Notes: generated from the sequence alone by a model not told the origin. A DNA stretch of 64,000 nucleotides from an uncultured Nitrososphaerales archaeon (GCA_963713605.1 CAVQMO010000010.1:256001-320000); one strand, 5' to 3'; positions 45,499 to 57,325 are shown, counted from the stretch's first letter. Made by a program: numbers and translations.

Positions 45499-46050
45499 TT
45501 GGACGCGTTTTGCCAAAACTGGTCGCCATTAAGGCGTAAACATAAACTCATTGAACTTCAAAAAATAATCGATGAGAGGATTGGATCATTAACCGAGGAG
45601 GCAGAGATTGCAACTAATGTAAAACTAAACCCGCTATACATAGCCGACCGTAAAGATGAGATCGAATTTGTACGGTGGACTGCAACAATAATCGATTCAA
45701 TCTTAAATCGAGATAAAGACCATAAACAGGTACAACTTGGAACTAGCAGAATACGATTGGAGTTAGCTGATGTCATAAAGTTCTAAAATATTCTTAAAAA
45801 AAGAATTGAAGAGCTAAATATAAGATTGAAAGAATCTAATAACTTACAAGAGTCTGACATTCTGATAAATGAGATCGATACGCTTGACAGCATCTTAGGT
45901 CGGTTGTTTGATTTGAAATATGGTGAAAACGGACGAGCCATCGAGATAGCAGAAGCCAATAATGATTTCAAGCGAGCAATCCGGTTACGAAAACAGCTAA
46001 ATAAGATTCAAGATCTAGAAGACGAAATTAGCATACGAATACAAAACTAG
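45499..46050 (+). pseudogene. Helical hypothetical protein interrupted by one in-frame TAA (45784)
   Basis: The two track ORFs are in the same frame: LADVIKF*NILKKRIEELNIRLKES. Confidence 0.7.
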
Positions 46051-46074
46051 AGCTGATAGAATAGAAATTTGCCA

Positions 46075-46326
46075 CTACACACATCTTAACAGAAAGCTAC
46101 ATGATTCACATGAGTACATCAGCTTGTCGAATCTGGAGCACAATGCCATAATCTCGTTACAGCGCGGACACTCAATCTCGTTATCTAGTTCAGTTGATGC
46201 CGATTCTTCTTTTTGGTTCGGCTGTAGATCAAATTCGCTAATTGATTCAAGCTCTTGGTATTTAGGCTCCATCTTTGGTGGAATAAGTTTCGTACGACTA
46301 TGTTTTAACATGATGATATTTATCAA
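46075..46326 (-). CDS. Zn-ribbon protein
   Basis: IECPRC...YSCESC; stop/start overlap with the DUF1059 gene. Confidence 0.85.
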   Translation of the reverse strand: MINIIMLKHSRTKLIPPKMEPKYQELESISEFDLQPNQKEESASTELDNEIECPRCNEIMALCSRFDKLMYSCESCSFLLRCV

Positions 46327-46580
46327 AAATGACTATTATAGAAGCTAGGACTTGTAAGCGGGGGAGGGTAGTGTACGCATATATTCTCTAATATTTTCAG
46401 TTTCATGTCCGAAGTGATTTCTTCTGGCTTAATTGCATGGTATTCTAGCATGTGTAATATTATATTATAGGTGACTGTTTCTTCGCTAACTCCATAAATA
46501 GTGCAATTACAGTCGAGCCCGACATCTTCGCAGCGGATACAAAATGGTCGTTCTATACAATCTTCATACGTTTGGAACAT
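46323..46580 (-). CDS. DUF1059-like small metal-binding protein
   Basis: CEDVGLDCN...G.SEE...HMLEYH. Confidence 0.85.
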   Translation of the reverse strand: MFQTYEDCIERPFCIRCEDVGLDCNCTIYGVSEETVTYNIILHMLEYHAIKPEEITSDMKLKILENICVHYPPPLTSPSFYNSHF

Positions 46581-46827
46581 TGGAATGCTGCAGTAAAATT
46601 TGTTATATTTACAGTGTGATGTATTGTACTAGCAACTACGATCTGTGGAATTCTAAGTGTGATTTGACACTAATAATACATCCAGCGATTTAATGAATAA
46701 TCTAAACTTGAGCGGTGACCCCCGTTCCCCGTCTGTACGTTGCTGCTAATCTTATTAGACAAAAAGTCAACAAAGTTGAACATACCAAGCTGTGATTCAC
46801 ATAACTAGTCGACTGAAAGTTGTCACT

Positions 46828-47826
46828 ATGGAAGAGATCCCAACTATCACTAGCGATATGATTGAAAAGCTCAAGAAATTGAATATCACTTCGGTTTATC
46901 AATTAGCCGTCCAGAATCCAACTGAGCTTGCGGGGGAATTTAAAGACACTTCTCTATCTGTCGAGTCAGCTTCTCGACTTATCGCAAATGCCAGAAGGAT
47001 TTTAATTGAAAATGGGGGTCTCACCAATGAGTTTTCTACAGCTGATAAAGTTTTGGAAAAGCGAAATAGAATGTCAAGATATACCACCGGTTCAGATAAT
47101 TTCGATGACTTTCTGAATGGCGGTTTTGAGACCCAAGCAATCACTGAACTAGTAGGTGAGTTCGGCTCGGGTAAGTCACAAGTTTGCCACACGATATGCG
47201 TCGCCGCTAGTAAACTTATCGAAAATAACCCTGACGAAGACTCGGGAAACATAATTTTTATAGATTCGGAAAACACGTTCAGAGCTGATAGAGTACATCA
47301 GATCGCTAAGCAACGGGGACTTGATCCGTTTCCCATTCTAGAAAAAATCTTTCATTGCCAAGTCTATAGCAGCGAACATCTGGAATCAGTTATCAATGAT
47401 CTGGACAAATCAATTGAACAGTATAATGCTAGGATTGTGATTATAGATAGCATAATGAGTCTTCATAGAGCAGAGTTCTCTGGACGGGGAACATTAGCAG
47501 ACCGACAACAAAGACTTGGAAAGATGCTAAACAAGCTTAGACGCTGTGCAGACATTTATGATGTCGCGGTTATAATTACTAATCAGGTAGTGTCATATCC
47601 CGATGGTACGCATCCCGGATTTGACTCAATGAAAGCGGCAGGTGGTAATATAATAGCTCATGGTTCCACGTACAGAATCTTTTTAAGAAAATCGGGTAAA
47701 AATAGGATAGCTACAATATTTGACTCTCCATGTCAACCGTATGAGCACGTGAAATTCTCAATCTCAGAAAGCGGAATCCAAGACGCTGTTATCTGTAAAA
47801 CGGATGGGAGTGATTCGGGTTGGTAG
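46828..47826 (+). CDS. radA: RadA/Rad51-family recombinase, divergent paralogue
   Basis: N-terminal HhH region, GGFETQAITE, GEFGSGKS, FIDSENTFR, IIDS..SLHRAEFSGRGTLADRQQRL, TNQV, GGNIIAHGSTYRIFLRK. Start may lie further upstream. Confidence 0.93.
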   Translation: MEEIPTITSDMIEKLKKLNITSVYQLAVQNPTELAGEFKDTSLSVESASRLIANARRILIENGGLTNEFSTADKVLEKRNRMSRYTTGSDNFDDFLNGGFETQAITELVGEFGSGKSQVCHTICVAASKLIENNPDEDSGNIIFIDSENTFRADRVHQIAKQRGLDPFPILEKIFHCQVYSSEHLESVINDLDKSIEQYNARIVIIDSIMSLHRAEFSGRGTLADRQQRLGKMLNKLRRCADIYDVAVIITNQVVSYPDGTHPGFDSMKAAGGNIIAHGSTYRIFLRKSGKNRIATIFDSPCQPYEHVKFSISESGIQDAVICKTDGSDSGW

Positions 47827-47847
47827 AAGAAGCTATTCATTACAACA

Positions 47848-48280
47848 TCAACGATGATAGGAAAGATTGGCTACTATTTCTGGCTTAGGTCTCTTATCGG
47901 GTTCTATATCCGGGTTATACAACCATTTGAAGTACCTAATTAAATATTCTAAGTAAAGATTGTAAGTACCAATCCATTTATGTAATGGATCAGCAGATTC
48001 AGGCTTTTTCAGAATATCAAAGAATGTTATGAGATTAATATTACTACAATTTAGGAACTTTTTGTTATTTACAAACTTGGAAAATTTGCACAAGATCTTA
48101 ATATTGTCTTTTCGATAGCTTTGAGAAAGGTTCATTTCTCTATTAAGTGCAGTTATATAATCACATACAGTTGCTGCATTGTTGCTGCAACAATCATCAT
48201 CTTAGTTGATTGCGAAAAAAGTCTTGTAACCCTTCCGTACTCTCTTCAATCCTACTATCAAGATCCACAAGCTGATAGTT
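47848..48280 (-). mobile_element. Truncated tyrosine integrase, N-terminal part only
   Basis: NAATVCDYITAL...NLSQSYRKDNIK...KPESADPLHKWIGTYNLY...FKWLYNPDIEPDKRPKP; catalytic domain absent; upstream stop/frameshift. Confidence 0.75.
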
Positions 48281-48416
48281 ATTAGAAACTAGAAAATTCG
48301 CCTTTGATCTTACAGTGCTCAAACGAACTTATCAGTACAAATAATTGCTATTCACGTATATAACTATGGATACCATTCTTATTTATATGATAGGAAAAAT
48401 AAGAGGGTAATATTGT

Positions 48417-49382
48417 ATGACAACCTTAGAGCAAAAGAAAAGCATACTTAATTTATACAATTCTGGCATAACCCCAGATATTATAGCACTTGAAACGGAT
48501 TTAAGTCAAGATGATATAATGAATATAATAAAAGAATCAGAAACAGCAACAGCAACAAAATTAAGATCAGATAAGCGACCAAACATGCCACTAATAAGTA
48601 GTCTCTACCTCGACACCGTAGTAAATATAGATCTAGCTATCAAACAGGCACAACGTCGTGTATGGCAAGTCTTAAAAATAAAATCAGATTTTGATATATC
48701 TATGGAAGAAACCCAGAATATTCTGCAAAGTCTTGCTGGTTCAAAAGGCACCTTTGTGATTCTGTATATCGATCTTGTAGAATCTACAAAGCTATCAATG
48801 ATACTTCCAGTTGATAGTCTTACTACAATAATTCGAGCGTTTACTCAAGAAATGTCTATGATGATATCGGCCTATGGAGGATATGTATTAAAATATGTAG
48901 GAGATGCTATTTTGGCTTTTTTTGTAGTTACGGAATATGATAAAGAGAAGAAGCAGGAAAATAATGTGTATCTGCCATGTATAAATGCCGTAAATGCTGC
49001 ATGTTCAATGATTAGAGTTGTATGTAATGGCATTAATCCAATATTAAATCAATACGATTATCCGGAATTACGGGTCAGGATTGGAGTCGATGTTGGAGAA
49101 AGTGCAGTAGTACAATATGGTTGGGATACACATTCTAAAAATGGGAAGGTTGTGATGAAAGAGGCTCATCTTGATGTATTGGGATATACTGTTAATATCG
49201 CTACAAAAATGACTTCCATGGCTACACCAGATCACATTGTGATAGGACAGATGGTCTATGACCTATTAGATGAAAAACTAAAGCGAGAATTTAGATTATT
49301 ACCTATTAGTACAGAAATGTGGAATTATGTAAGCAATTATACGGATGGAAAAATTTATAATCTTTATGAAAGTATAACATAG
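48417..49382 (+). CDS. Class III adenylate/guanylate cyclase with N-terminal HTH-like segment
   Basis: ILYIDLVESTKLS, VLKYVGDAILAFF, VRIGVDVG, DVLGYTVNIATKM. Confidence 0.93.
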   Translation: MTTLEQKKSILNLYNSGITPDIIALETDLSQDDIMNIIKESETATATKLRSDKRPNMPLISSLYLDTVVNIDLAIKQAQRRVWQVLKIKSDFDISMEETQNILQSLAGSKGTFVILYIDLVESTKLSMILPVDSLTTIIRAFTQEMSMMISAYGGYVLKYVGDAILAFFVVTEYDKEKKQENNVYLPCINAVNAACSMIRVVCNGINPILNQYDYPELRVRIGVDVGESAVVQYGWDTHSKNGKVVMKEAHLDVLGYTVNIATKMTSMATPDHIVIGQMVYDLLDEKLKREFRLLPISTEMWNYVSNYTDGKIYNLYESIT

Positions 49383-50882
49383 GAAAAATTAGTGTGTGGT
49401 TAGAGTCGGATCCTCTGTCATATTGTATCAATTAACGGAACCGATTTGAGATGTTAATGCGAGATTCTCAAGTTAATATTGATATGACATAAACTGATCC
49501 TCAATCAATAGCCACTCTAGGATTGCATCCTAATTATTTTGCACGACCAGATAGTATCTTTCCAAGACCGAGCTTTCCTAACGCTAATCAACTAATTAAT
49601 AGTACAAAAATATGATAACCAGTGTAAATTAAGATTAAGGAGCTATTTCAGCAACATTAGCTCATAAGCAAATTCTTATTGTCGTAAATGAATGAACTAG
49701 TGACTAGCATAGCGCAAACAGCTCTCTGCTTCTGTATTTCACAAATCAATTAAGAAGTGGAATGCTTATCGATATGCAAACTCATTGAAATAGAATATCT
49801 GCTGCATGAACAGCACGTATTCTGTCTTGCAACGAAAACAGGTTCTATTATTTGAATAGAAACAAATCTTTAGAGCTGATAAAATTCCTTGAGGAAATGT
49901 ATGATTATAACATGAGTTCGCTCGAGGAATATGTGGAAAATAAGGAGAAGAAAAGAAAAAAGAAAAATAGCTTCTGACGTCGATCATCAGGAGAGTACTG
50001 AGAATTGAAAACTTCGATCAACACATAATCCCATCGAGTTTCGAGTCATTCGAACAAAGCATAGCCAATGAAGGTAACATAAAACCCGCCTTCGTAGATA
50101 GAAAACCGGCCCATAAAAATACATCCATCTAACAAACTCATAATTTCGCTTAGATAGCACAAACATATACGAATTAGACAAAATTCATGGCAGCGAATAC
50201 ACTGATTTTGTTGGGCTGCCTTAGAATGTGCAATTTGTGAAATCACAATGCAACTCGACGTGTATCAAAGAAATGGAGATTTGCTTTACTTCAATAGGGA
50301 CCTTTAATTGCCATCATTTTTCATTCAGTTTGTTATTAGGGATCATTATGGGTGTGGGTTAGTACCGCTTCCTCCGCCCGACGGGTCATCTGGAGGTTCA
50401 TGACTGCCTCCACCATTAAGTTTGTTTTTAATCTCGTGGGCCTTGTCTACATAATGGCTATCCTTTCCGATATCCTTGTCTAAAACCTTTTGATCTATCC
50501 CGTTTAGTATCTGCTAACACGTCAGACGTTACTATTGTTCATTATCAGCTAGACCTAACTTACACCTTCCATGAAGCCTCTCAGATGCGATCCACTATTG
50601 ATGTGAGAATATGAACAATGTTATCTAAGCCCATTACGGAATAGAGCAATGGTATTTTATGATATTAGACCGCAAACTAGGTAACCTACAGAGAAATTCT
50701 ACATTGTCATATAATATGAATAGTAAAGCTCAACATTGTCAAGGTTTATCGTAATTCTCTTCGTTTATTGAAGGTGATAGTGGAGGTTCCAAACTTGCTA
50801 AAATACAAACTTGTGCATGAATCGTTTGCGCAATATTACGATAATGCTTTAAGCCATACTCTTCTAACTATCTGTATATAAC

Positions 50883-51800
50883 ATGGGAAAACTCCTTATA
50901 GGTTGCTCGGGTTGGAATTATGGTAGTCTGCCAGGAGAGAATGGTGGATGGATTGGAGTATTTTATCCAGACAGAGAAACCAAGAGATTGAGGCATTATT
51001 CTGAATTCTTTGATACTGCAGAGATGGATGCCTCATTCTATGAACGATTCTATAACTGTATGACAAAAGGTACATTTATTGGTATGAGCAAAGCGACCCC
51101 TCCCGAATTTCAGTTTTCAGTCAAGGTCCCCGAAACTATTACTCACAAGAAAAGACTAGACGTTAAAAAGAATGTTCTAAAAGATTTCGAAGAATTTCTT
51201 GAAAAGATTTCACCATTGAGAAGCGCTAACAAACTAGGGGCGATATTAATACAGCTACCACCAAGTTTTACGGTTAGTGAATTTAAGAATGTCGAGTCAT
51301 TTCTGAATGAGTTATCGACCTTTTCTAAGATAGGCAGTGGGGGGTTTCATGAGTCTGAAAGTGGTAATAACGACGCTTATCAATACGCCCTAGAATTTAG
51401 AAATCCTTCATGGAAAACGGAAGGCCCATGGGAATTACTAAGACATTATAATATCGCATCAGTAATAACTGATTCACCGAAAAAAGAAAACCTTGAATTT
51501 CTATCCGAAACTATTGTGACTACAGCTGATCACTCTTTTGTTAGGTTTCATGGTAGGAATGTTAAAGGTCATTATTGGTATGACTATTTGTATAACAAGG
51601 AAGAACTAGAACCATGGGTTGAAAAAATAGACAAAATAAGGGAAGAGACTAGAGTCCTTAGAGTCTACTTTAACAACCATTATGGAGGCAAAGCTGTCAT
51701 TAACGCATTAGAATTTAAAGAAATGTTGGGGATCAAGCTATCAGAAAAGGAAGCAAGCAAGTTAGAAAATGCTAAATCATATTTAGGAATATTGAATTGA
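50883..51800 (+). CDS. DUF72 (YecE) family protein
   Basis: [53 protein letters not shown]. Confidence 0.95.
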   Translation: MGKLLIGCSGWNYGSLPGENGGWIGVFYPDRETKRLRHYSEFFDTAEMDASFYERFYNCMTKGTFIGMSKATPPEFQFSVKVPETITHKKRLDVKKNVLKDFEEFLEKISPLRSANKLGAILIQLPPSFTVSEFKNVESFLNELSTFSKIGSGGFHESESGNNDAYQYALEFRNPSWKTEGPWELLRHYNIASVITDSPKKENLEFLSETIVTTADHSFVRFHGRNVKGHYWYDYLYNKEELEPWVEKIDKIREETRVLRVYFNNHYGGKAVINALEFKEMLGIKLSEKEASKLENAKSYLGILN

Positions 51801-51849
51801 ATCTTTACTCAAGTCAATTTCCAATATTTCACTTAACGTAACTAACCAT

Positions 51850-52017
51850 AATTTTTCCTATACGCCAAGTTTACTACAAGATTTGAGCAGGGAGCGGGAT
51901 CTTGGACTGTACATGTGTAAGGGAATAATAGAAGCACACGGTGGTAAGATTTGGGCCGGAAATAACAGAGATGGAAAGGGCGCTACTTTTACGTTTACAT
52001 TGCCATTAAGTAAGTGA
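51850..52017 (+). pseudogene. Orphan histidine-kinase C-terminal (HATPase_c G2 box) remnant
   Basis: [11 protein letters not shown] / [38 protein letters not shown]. Confidence 0.85.
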
Positions 52018-52665
52018 ATATAAGAATTGGATAAGGTACAAAATTATTCCTCCCAATTTCCACATCCTGATAATTATTATTTTTTATATCTAGATTCAAA
52101 TGATTGTGATTTGTTTTGGCGTCAATTTGCTATATGTGTTACGATTTGATTAGTATAATACCATTCTCATGGCAGATAGTCTTGTTACCAATACTACACT
52201 CTAAAACCTTATTTCTAAATTGCCTGCACTCACTCAAATTTAGCCGCTTCTTTCCTTAAGGTTCCCTTGCCATTAGTATAGAATAACAAATGACGATGAA
52301 GTCCTTTATCTAATAAGCATCATACGATAAAATTATACTTAAGTGGCGATTACAAACTTAATTGCCCTTTCAAACACGGCAGCGGTTTCCGTTAAGGGCA
52401 TGGATTCTCCCCCAACCCTTTATTGTAAATACAATTGTAAATTATTCCAGTCGCTGTACCCACTTTATCTAACTGATAGATACGCTTCGTAAGGTTACTT
52501 ATTTTGTTGGTGGTTTCCTCATATATCCATGAAGATCACTCACGAACTAGACTATTGATTTGTATTAAATAAGAATCGTATTTGATTCTTATCTGATTTA
52601 ATTGTTATTGAAATATTGACTATCCTAAATAAGTCATTTGTAAATCTTTCTTAGAGTAGATATAA

Positions 52666-54454
52666 TTGAATAAGCTTGATGATAAAAAGTTCACCCAGAG
52701 CTTGACTATAACTTTATTATTGGTTACTTTGATAGTTCCTATGTCGTTACACTCCTCTGGAACTTCAGGTTTTGAAGAAGCTCTTGCAATAGAATACGAC
52801 AAGACCCAGGTTACTTCAGAAATTAATGAATGTGGAAATGGCGAATTCCCTCTAAGCGTCTTGTGTCAGAATTCAGATTCTGAAGTACAAGGAAATGAAA
52901 ATGCAATCAATATTATTGGACATCAGACTTCAATTAATGGTCAATCTATAGGATCGGTTCTTAAAGTAACGAAAATTGTTCTCTGCCCTGAAGATGTCGT
53001 CTGTCCGACCCCTTCAGATTTTACTCTTTCGGTATCAGGTAATAATCCGTCACCTAGTTTATTTCCCGGCTCTTCTCAAGGTACCTTCGTTAGGTTAAAC
53101 TCTGGAATGTACTCAGTAAGTGAAAAATCCCCCTCTAACCCTCCAGGACTCACTTTGCAAACATCATTTTCTCCTGGATGTAATGGTGCAATAAGCTCTG
53201 GCGAGTCCCTTTCATGCACTATAGTAAACCAATACACCATTTTTGAGTGTGGGCCAATACAAAACCTAAGTGACAATGAGGGAAGTTCATTGTTCCCGCA
53301 GATAGCTCGCGTCTGGAAATAACGTGTATGTGGTGTGGGCGGATAATACTAATCCAACAGGATCCATTGATTTATTCTTTAGAAAAAGCATAGACGGCGG
53401 TTCTACTTTTGGTCCTACTCAGAACCTATTGGAGAACGCTCCAGGTGAATCCGTTGGACAACCACAGGTAGTCGCATCAGGAAATAATGTGTTTGTGGTT
53501 TGGGATAATGGAAATCCTGAAGATGGGAATAAAATATTGCTCAGAAAAAGTATTGATGCGGGAATGACCTTCAGTCCCATAGTGGAACTTAGTGATACAA
53601 TTCCAGAATCATTTACTGCTCCACAAGTTATTGCATCAGGTAACAACGTATATGTTGCTTGGGAATCCAATACAAACGTATTTTTCACCAGAAGTTTAGA
53701 TGCTGGAGCTAGCTTTGAACCCGTAAGCATTGGAGATGAAGCAGGTGGTAATTTTGCGAAGATAGCCACATCAGGCAACAACGTAGCGGTTGTATGGCAG
53801 AGCGCACCTGGAGGACAACCAGGCGACATTGATACCTTGTTTGCAGTGAGTACAGATGGAGGGGCTAGCTTTGGACCCGTAAAGAACTTGAACGAAAGCA
53901 TTGGGGGTCGTAACACTAATCCTCATGTGGCTCTGACAGGAAATAGCGTGTATGTTGTTTGGGAACATGATACTGGCAAGACGGATATAGTCTTCGCCAG
54001 AAGTACAGATGCTGGAACCAGCTTTGATCCTGTCAAGATCCTGAGTCAAGATACTCCGGATTCATTTGAACCTCAGTTAGCTAGTATCGGGAGTAACGTA
54101 TACGTGATATGGGGTGGAGAAGACACTTTCTTTTCCAGAAGCACGAATGAAGGAGCTAGCTTTGAGCCAGTACAGAACCTGAGTAACAATGGAGGAGATT
54201 TCACACATGGCGGCCTAAGGATAGGAGTGTCCAGCAATGATGTGTATGTTGTGTGGGTGGACAATTCGTTAGGAAATGAAAGTGTATTTCTTGCCAGAAG
54301 TACAGATGCTGGAACCAGCTTTGATCCTGTAAAGAATATAAGTGAAGAAATTGAAGAGTCGCTTTCACCAAACATAGCTGTGTCAGGGAACGACCTCTTC
54401 GTCGTATGGCAAAGCTCCAATGACATATTTTATAGCAGATGCACAGAACGATAG
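52666..54454 (+). CDS. Secreted modular protein: two-Cys Q/N module, beta-sandwich domain, Asp-box (BNR/sialidase-like) repeats (one +1 frameshift near 53308)
   Basis: Signal peptide; YDKTQVTSEINECGNGEFPLSVLCQN; KVTK...DFTLSVSGNNPSP; repeated SGNNVYVVW...RSTDAGTSF. Span 1789 = 3n+1. Confidence 0.88.
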
Positions 54455-54708
54455 TATACAATTGCACTTACTAGACCAACTGGAGCTAGTAAGTTAGAGC
54501 TAGTACAATCAACGCTAAGTAAATACGGATTGGTCTTATCCCGATCCTATTCATGGTTATCAATAAGCAAAATGGAAAAAAGAAGTCCCCTCCTTAAAAT
54601 CACTTAATTCCATAAATTCAATAAAAGCTAAAGCACTCCCAATTATCATTTGGGCGGCTAATTGATAATAATTAGATTAGCTCGTTAGAATTAATCTATT
54701 CCTTCAAC

Positions 54709-55140
54709 TCATAGATCTTTAAGATACTTTCGACCCAAGGATAAGAGTAGGTCAGCTTCTTTTTTTAACCTATGCTGTCTGGTCTTTGTGCTTTCAAAAC
54801 TTGCGCGGAATATTGAAACTTTGGCTCTCATGAATGCCTTGTAACAAATAAGGAAATTAAGAATCTTCTCTAAAGCGTGATCCTCACTTCTTGACACATA
54901 GGCTTGTACAAAATATAACTGGAGGTTCTTGTGATTATTGTATTCCAAATTCATGGAAAGATGAGCAACATCTTATGCAACATCAGCATATCTAAGAGAA
55001 TCGTTAAACTCAACTCTGTCATATAAGTAATAGTTTCTATCTATATCTATCGAAAATGTTCTTTAGATATAGATCTCCGTGAATATCTCTGATTTTCTTA
55101 TCTCTGATTCTAGTGAGAAAAAAATTTTCATTATTATCTA
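54709..55140 (-). pseudogene. Remnant of COG2187-like aminoglycoside-phosphotransferase-fold protein
   Basis: RIRDKKIRDIHGDLYLKNIF ... YDRVEFNDSLRYADVA*DVAHLSMNLEY ... CYKAFMRAKVS. Confidence 0.8.
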
Positions 55141-55210
55141 TGAATTTGATTAGCTGGTCTTCAGCTCGGGGTGTAGGATGTTTAAGTCTAGCTAATGTTG
55201 AAAATTCTCT

Positions 55211-55450
55211 TTAATTTTGTATTTTAGGTATTTTGGTTGCCCATAAAACATAATCAATGATTTTTGACTGTAAGATCCTAGGATCATGATCGAGTAGTCT
55301 ATCATATTCTTCCCTGTCAATCTGCAACCAATCCATAAAATAATGCAGCCATCTATGATAGTACTCTCTAGTTACTTCTGAAGGTAAAGAGGAAATGAAA
55401 CGACGGTATACTTCTTGTGAGCTGAGTTTATAATCATTTTCTAAAGTCAT
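55211..55450 (-). mobile_element. N-terminal remnant of a second tyrosine-recombinase family
   Basis: VYRRFISSLPSEVTREYY...FMDWL...YDRLLDHDPRILQSKIIDYV, then truncation; it abuts the broken phosphotransferase gene. Confidence 0.65.
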
Positions 55451-55596
55451 AAAACTATGACAATAAATAGATGATAGTAATATTTATGCTAGCCTACACA
55501 AACTAAAACCTTATTTCTACGTAGATGTATTAATATGTTGAATTAATGTAGGTGTCCAAGAACAAATTTGCTCGTTAGCAGAAGGGAGTTACGCAT

Positions 55597-56299
55597 ATGA
55601 ACCTCATGTTATATAAGGCAATATCAAAGCAGTATAATGACCATGAAATTCTTGCATATGTAAATCATATGATCCCACAGAATGTGTTGTCGCAATTTAA
55701 AAACAATAACTATCAAGCAGATCAAACTTTTAGAGTTATACTTCAGTGGTTTAAAAATGACTTTATGAAATGGATGCCGAAGAATTTGCAATGTAATGTA
55801 TGCAATGTACAAATGAAACTGCAACTTTCGCCAGGCAATTCATGGAAAGTAAGAGCTACCGAGATTTACGAATGTATCAAATGCGGTTCAAATTCTGTTT
55901 TTCCGCGATACGGTGAAATTAGAAAAATTGCAGATACTCGGGTAGGAAGATGTAGCGAATGGTCGATGCTTTTTGGGGCTATTTTAAATTCATTGTCATT
56001 TCCCACTAGAATTGTACATGACTATCTAGATCATTGCTGGAATGAGACTGTACATTAGATCAAAATGGAGACACATAGATTCAACTTTAGATTACCCAAT
56101 TTCTTTCAACCATCCCCATTATTATGAGCAGAATTGGAGCAAAGAATATGAGCATGTCATAGCATTTTCTTCCAACAATATAGAGGATGTTACCAGATTC
56201 TATACCGAGAAATGGGATACTGAAGTTTTGATAAGGAGAATGAAAAATAAGACTGATAGAAAGATTAGCATGCTCTCTAAAGAATATCTTAGATTATGA
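55597..56299 (+). CDS. Peptide:N-glycanase (Png1/NGLY1)-like transglutaminase-fold protein (one +1 frameshift near 56050)
   Basis: WFKNDFMKW, CNVC, E.Y.CIKC, FPRY, TRVGRCSEW, DHCWNE, WRHIDS, YEQNW.K...VIAFS...DVTRFY; span 703 = 3n+1. Confidence 0.9.
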
Positions 56300-56937
56300 T
56301 TTGCAGTTTACAAATAGTAATAGGCTTTGACCCAATAAATGAATGGCCGTCCACCTTGTTATCATTGATCTTTCTTTGCATTAAGTAATAAAATATAAGT
56401 GGCAAAGGCGGTAGCTCAATCTAGGTTCTTGACTGTATTCGGTATAATGAATGAGAAGTATATTGACCCTCCAAAGACTGTTTGACCTTTAACCCTTACC
56501 GTTCTCTGCAGTATATAATGGAGTCTTATAGAGTTATCACTACTGTAAAGTTTATTTTATTTCTGTACTCTTTTGTTACGGATTGCAATTAGTGAATTAA
56601 ACTGCTATCATACTAGTCGTTATTATTAATGGGGCTACATTGGTAACGTTCTCGGATGAATCACTAGTGATAAGCTGGTAATAATTGTCAATTTGGAGGT
56701 GTATAATGCCAATGTCAGATCCCCAACCCATGTGCCGTTTTAATTCTTCGGTTGCGACCATATGGTACCTGTGTAACGGTCGTCAGTTTATTACATACTA
56801 TATCGTAGTGATTGCTTTTAATTTTTTGTTTTAAGTGACCATAACTACTAATGTAAGTCAGCAGCCAATTTGACTGTCCGTTATCTGGAGTATTGGTCCC
56901 ACCAACGATAAATAATGCCAACGATAAATAATAGGAT

Positions 56938-57306
56938 ATGCAAAAGAATGAATCTTCTGCAAAAAGTGCAAAGGATATCGTGATGGAGTATCTGCGGGCT
57001 GCGGAGCGCCGGGATTTTAAATCGGCCAGAGGCTATTTAAGCAATAACATATCGTACGTGTCGCCGCTTAATTCGTTTGATAAAGCTGAACCATACCTGA
57101 AATATTTTGAACACGTGAACCTACCCAAATTAGACATCAAGAAGGGGTTCGCGGATAGCAACGATGTCTGCATCCTCCACGAGTTAAAGGTTGGCACGCC
57201 ACCAGTAACATCCCTTGTGTGTACTTGGTTTCATGTTGATGATGATGGAAAAATAAGTTCGATTAGGGTGGTTTTCGATCCACGACCTTACATTCAGCAG
57301 AAGTAA
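56938..57306 (+). CDS. SnoaL-like (NTF2) protein
   Basis: AKDIVMEYLRAAERRDF...GKISSIRVVFDPRP. Confidence 0.85.
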   Translation: MQKNESSAKSAKDIVMEYLRAAERRDFKSARGYLSNNISYVSPLNSFDKAEPYLKYFEHVNLPKLDIKKGFADSNDVCILHELKVGTPPVTSLVCTWFHVDDDGKISSIRVVFDPRPYIQQK

Positions 57307-57325
57307 GGAAGGAGTAGGACAGGTC

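Noticed and set aside
4415..54467. Many antisense ORFs in the track (e.g. 4415, 5881, 8921, 10516, 36244-37755, 42370, 46899, 53419)
   Set aside because: They are shadows of well-supported genes on the opposite strand.
2949..55580. In-frame TAG codons near gene starts (2949, ~33151, ~55576) suggesting amber recoding
   Set aside because: Few cases, TAG is used as a normal terminator throughout, in-frame TAA lesions also occur, and no Pyl machinery is seen; decay or error explains them.
36152..56299. cdc48 and PNGase as one ERAD-like operon
   Set aside because: They are 17 kb apart with many unrelated genes between, and the PNGase has no visible PUB domain; any link is speculative.
56407..56430. 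GGCGGTAGCTCAATCTAGG resembles a tRNA 5' end and D-arm
   Set aside because: No anticodon arm, T-arm (GTTCRA) or acceptor-stem complement follows.
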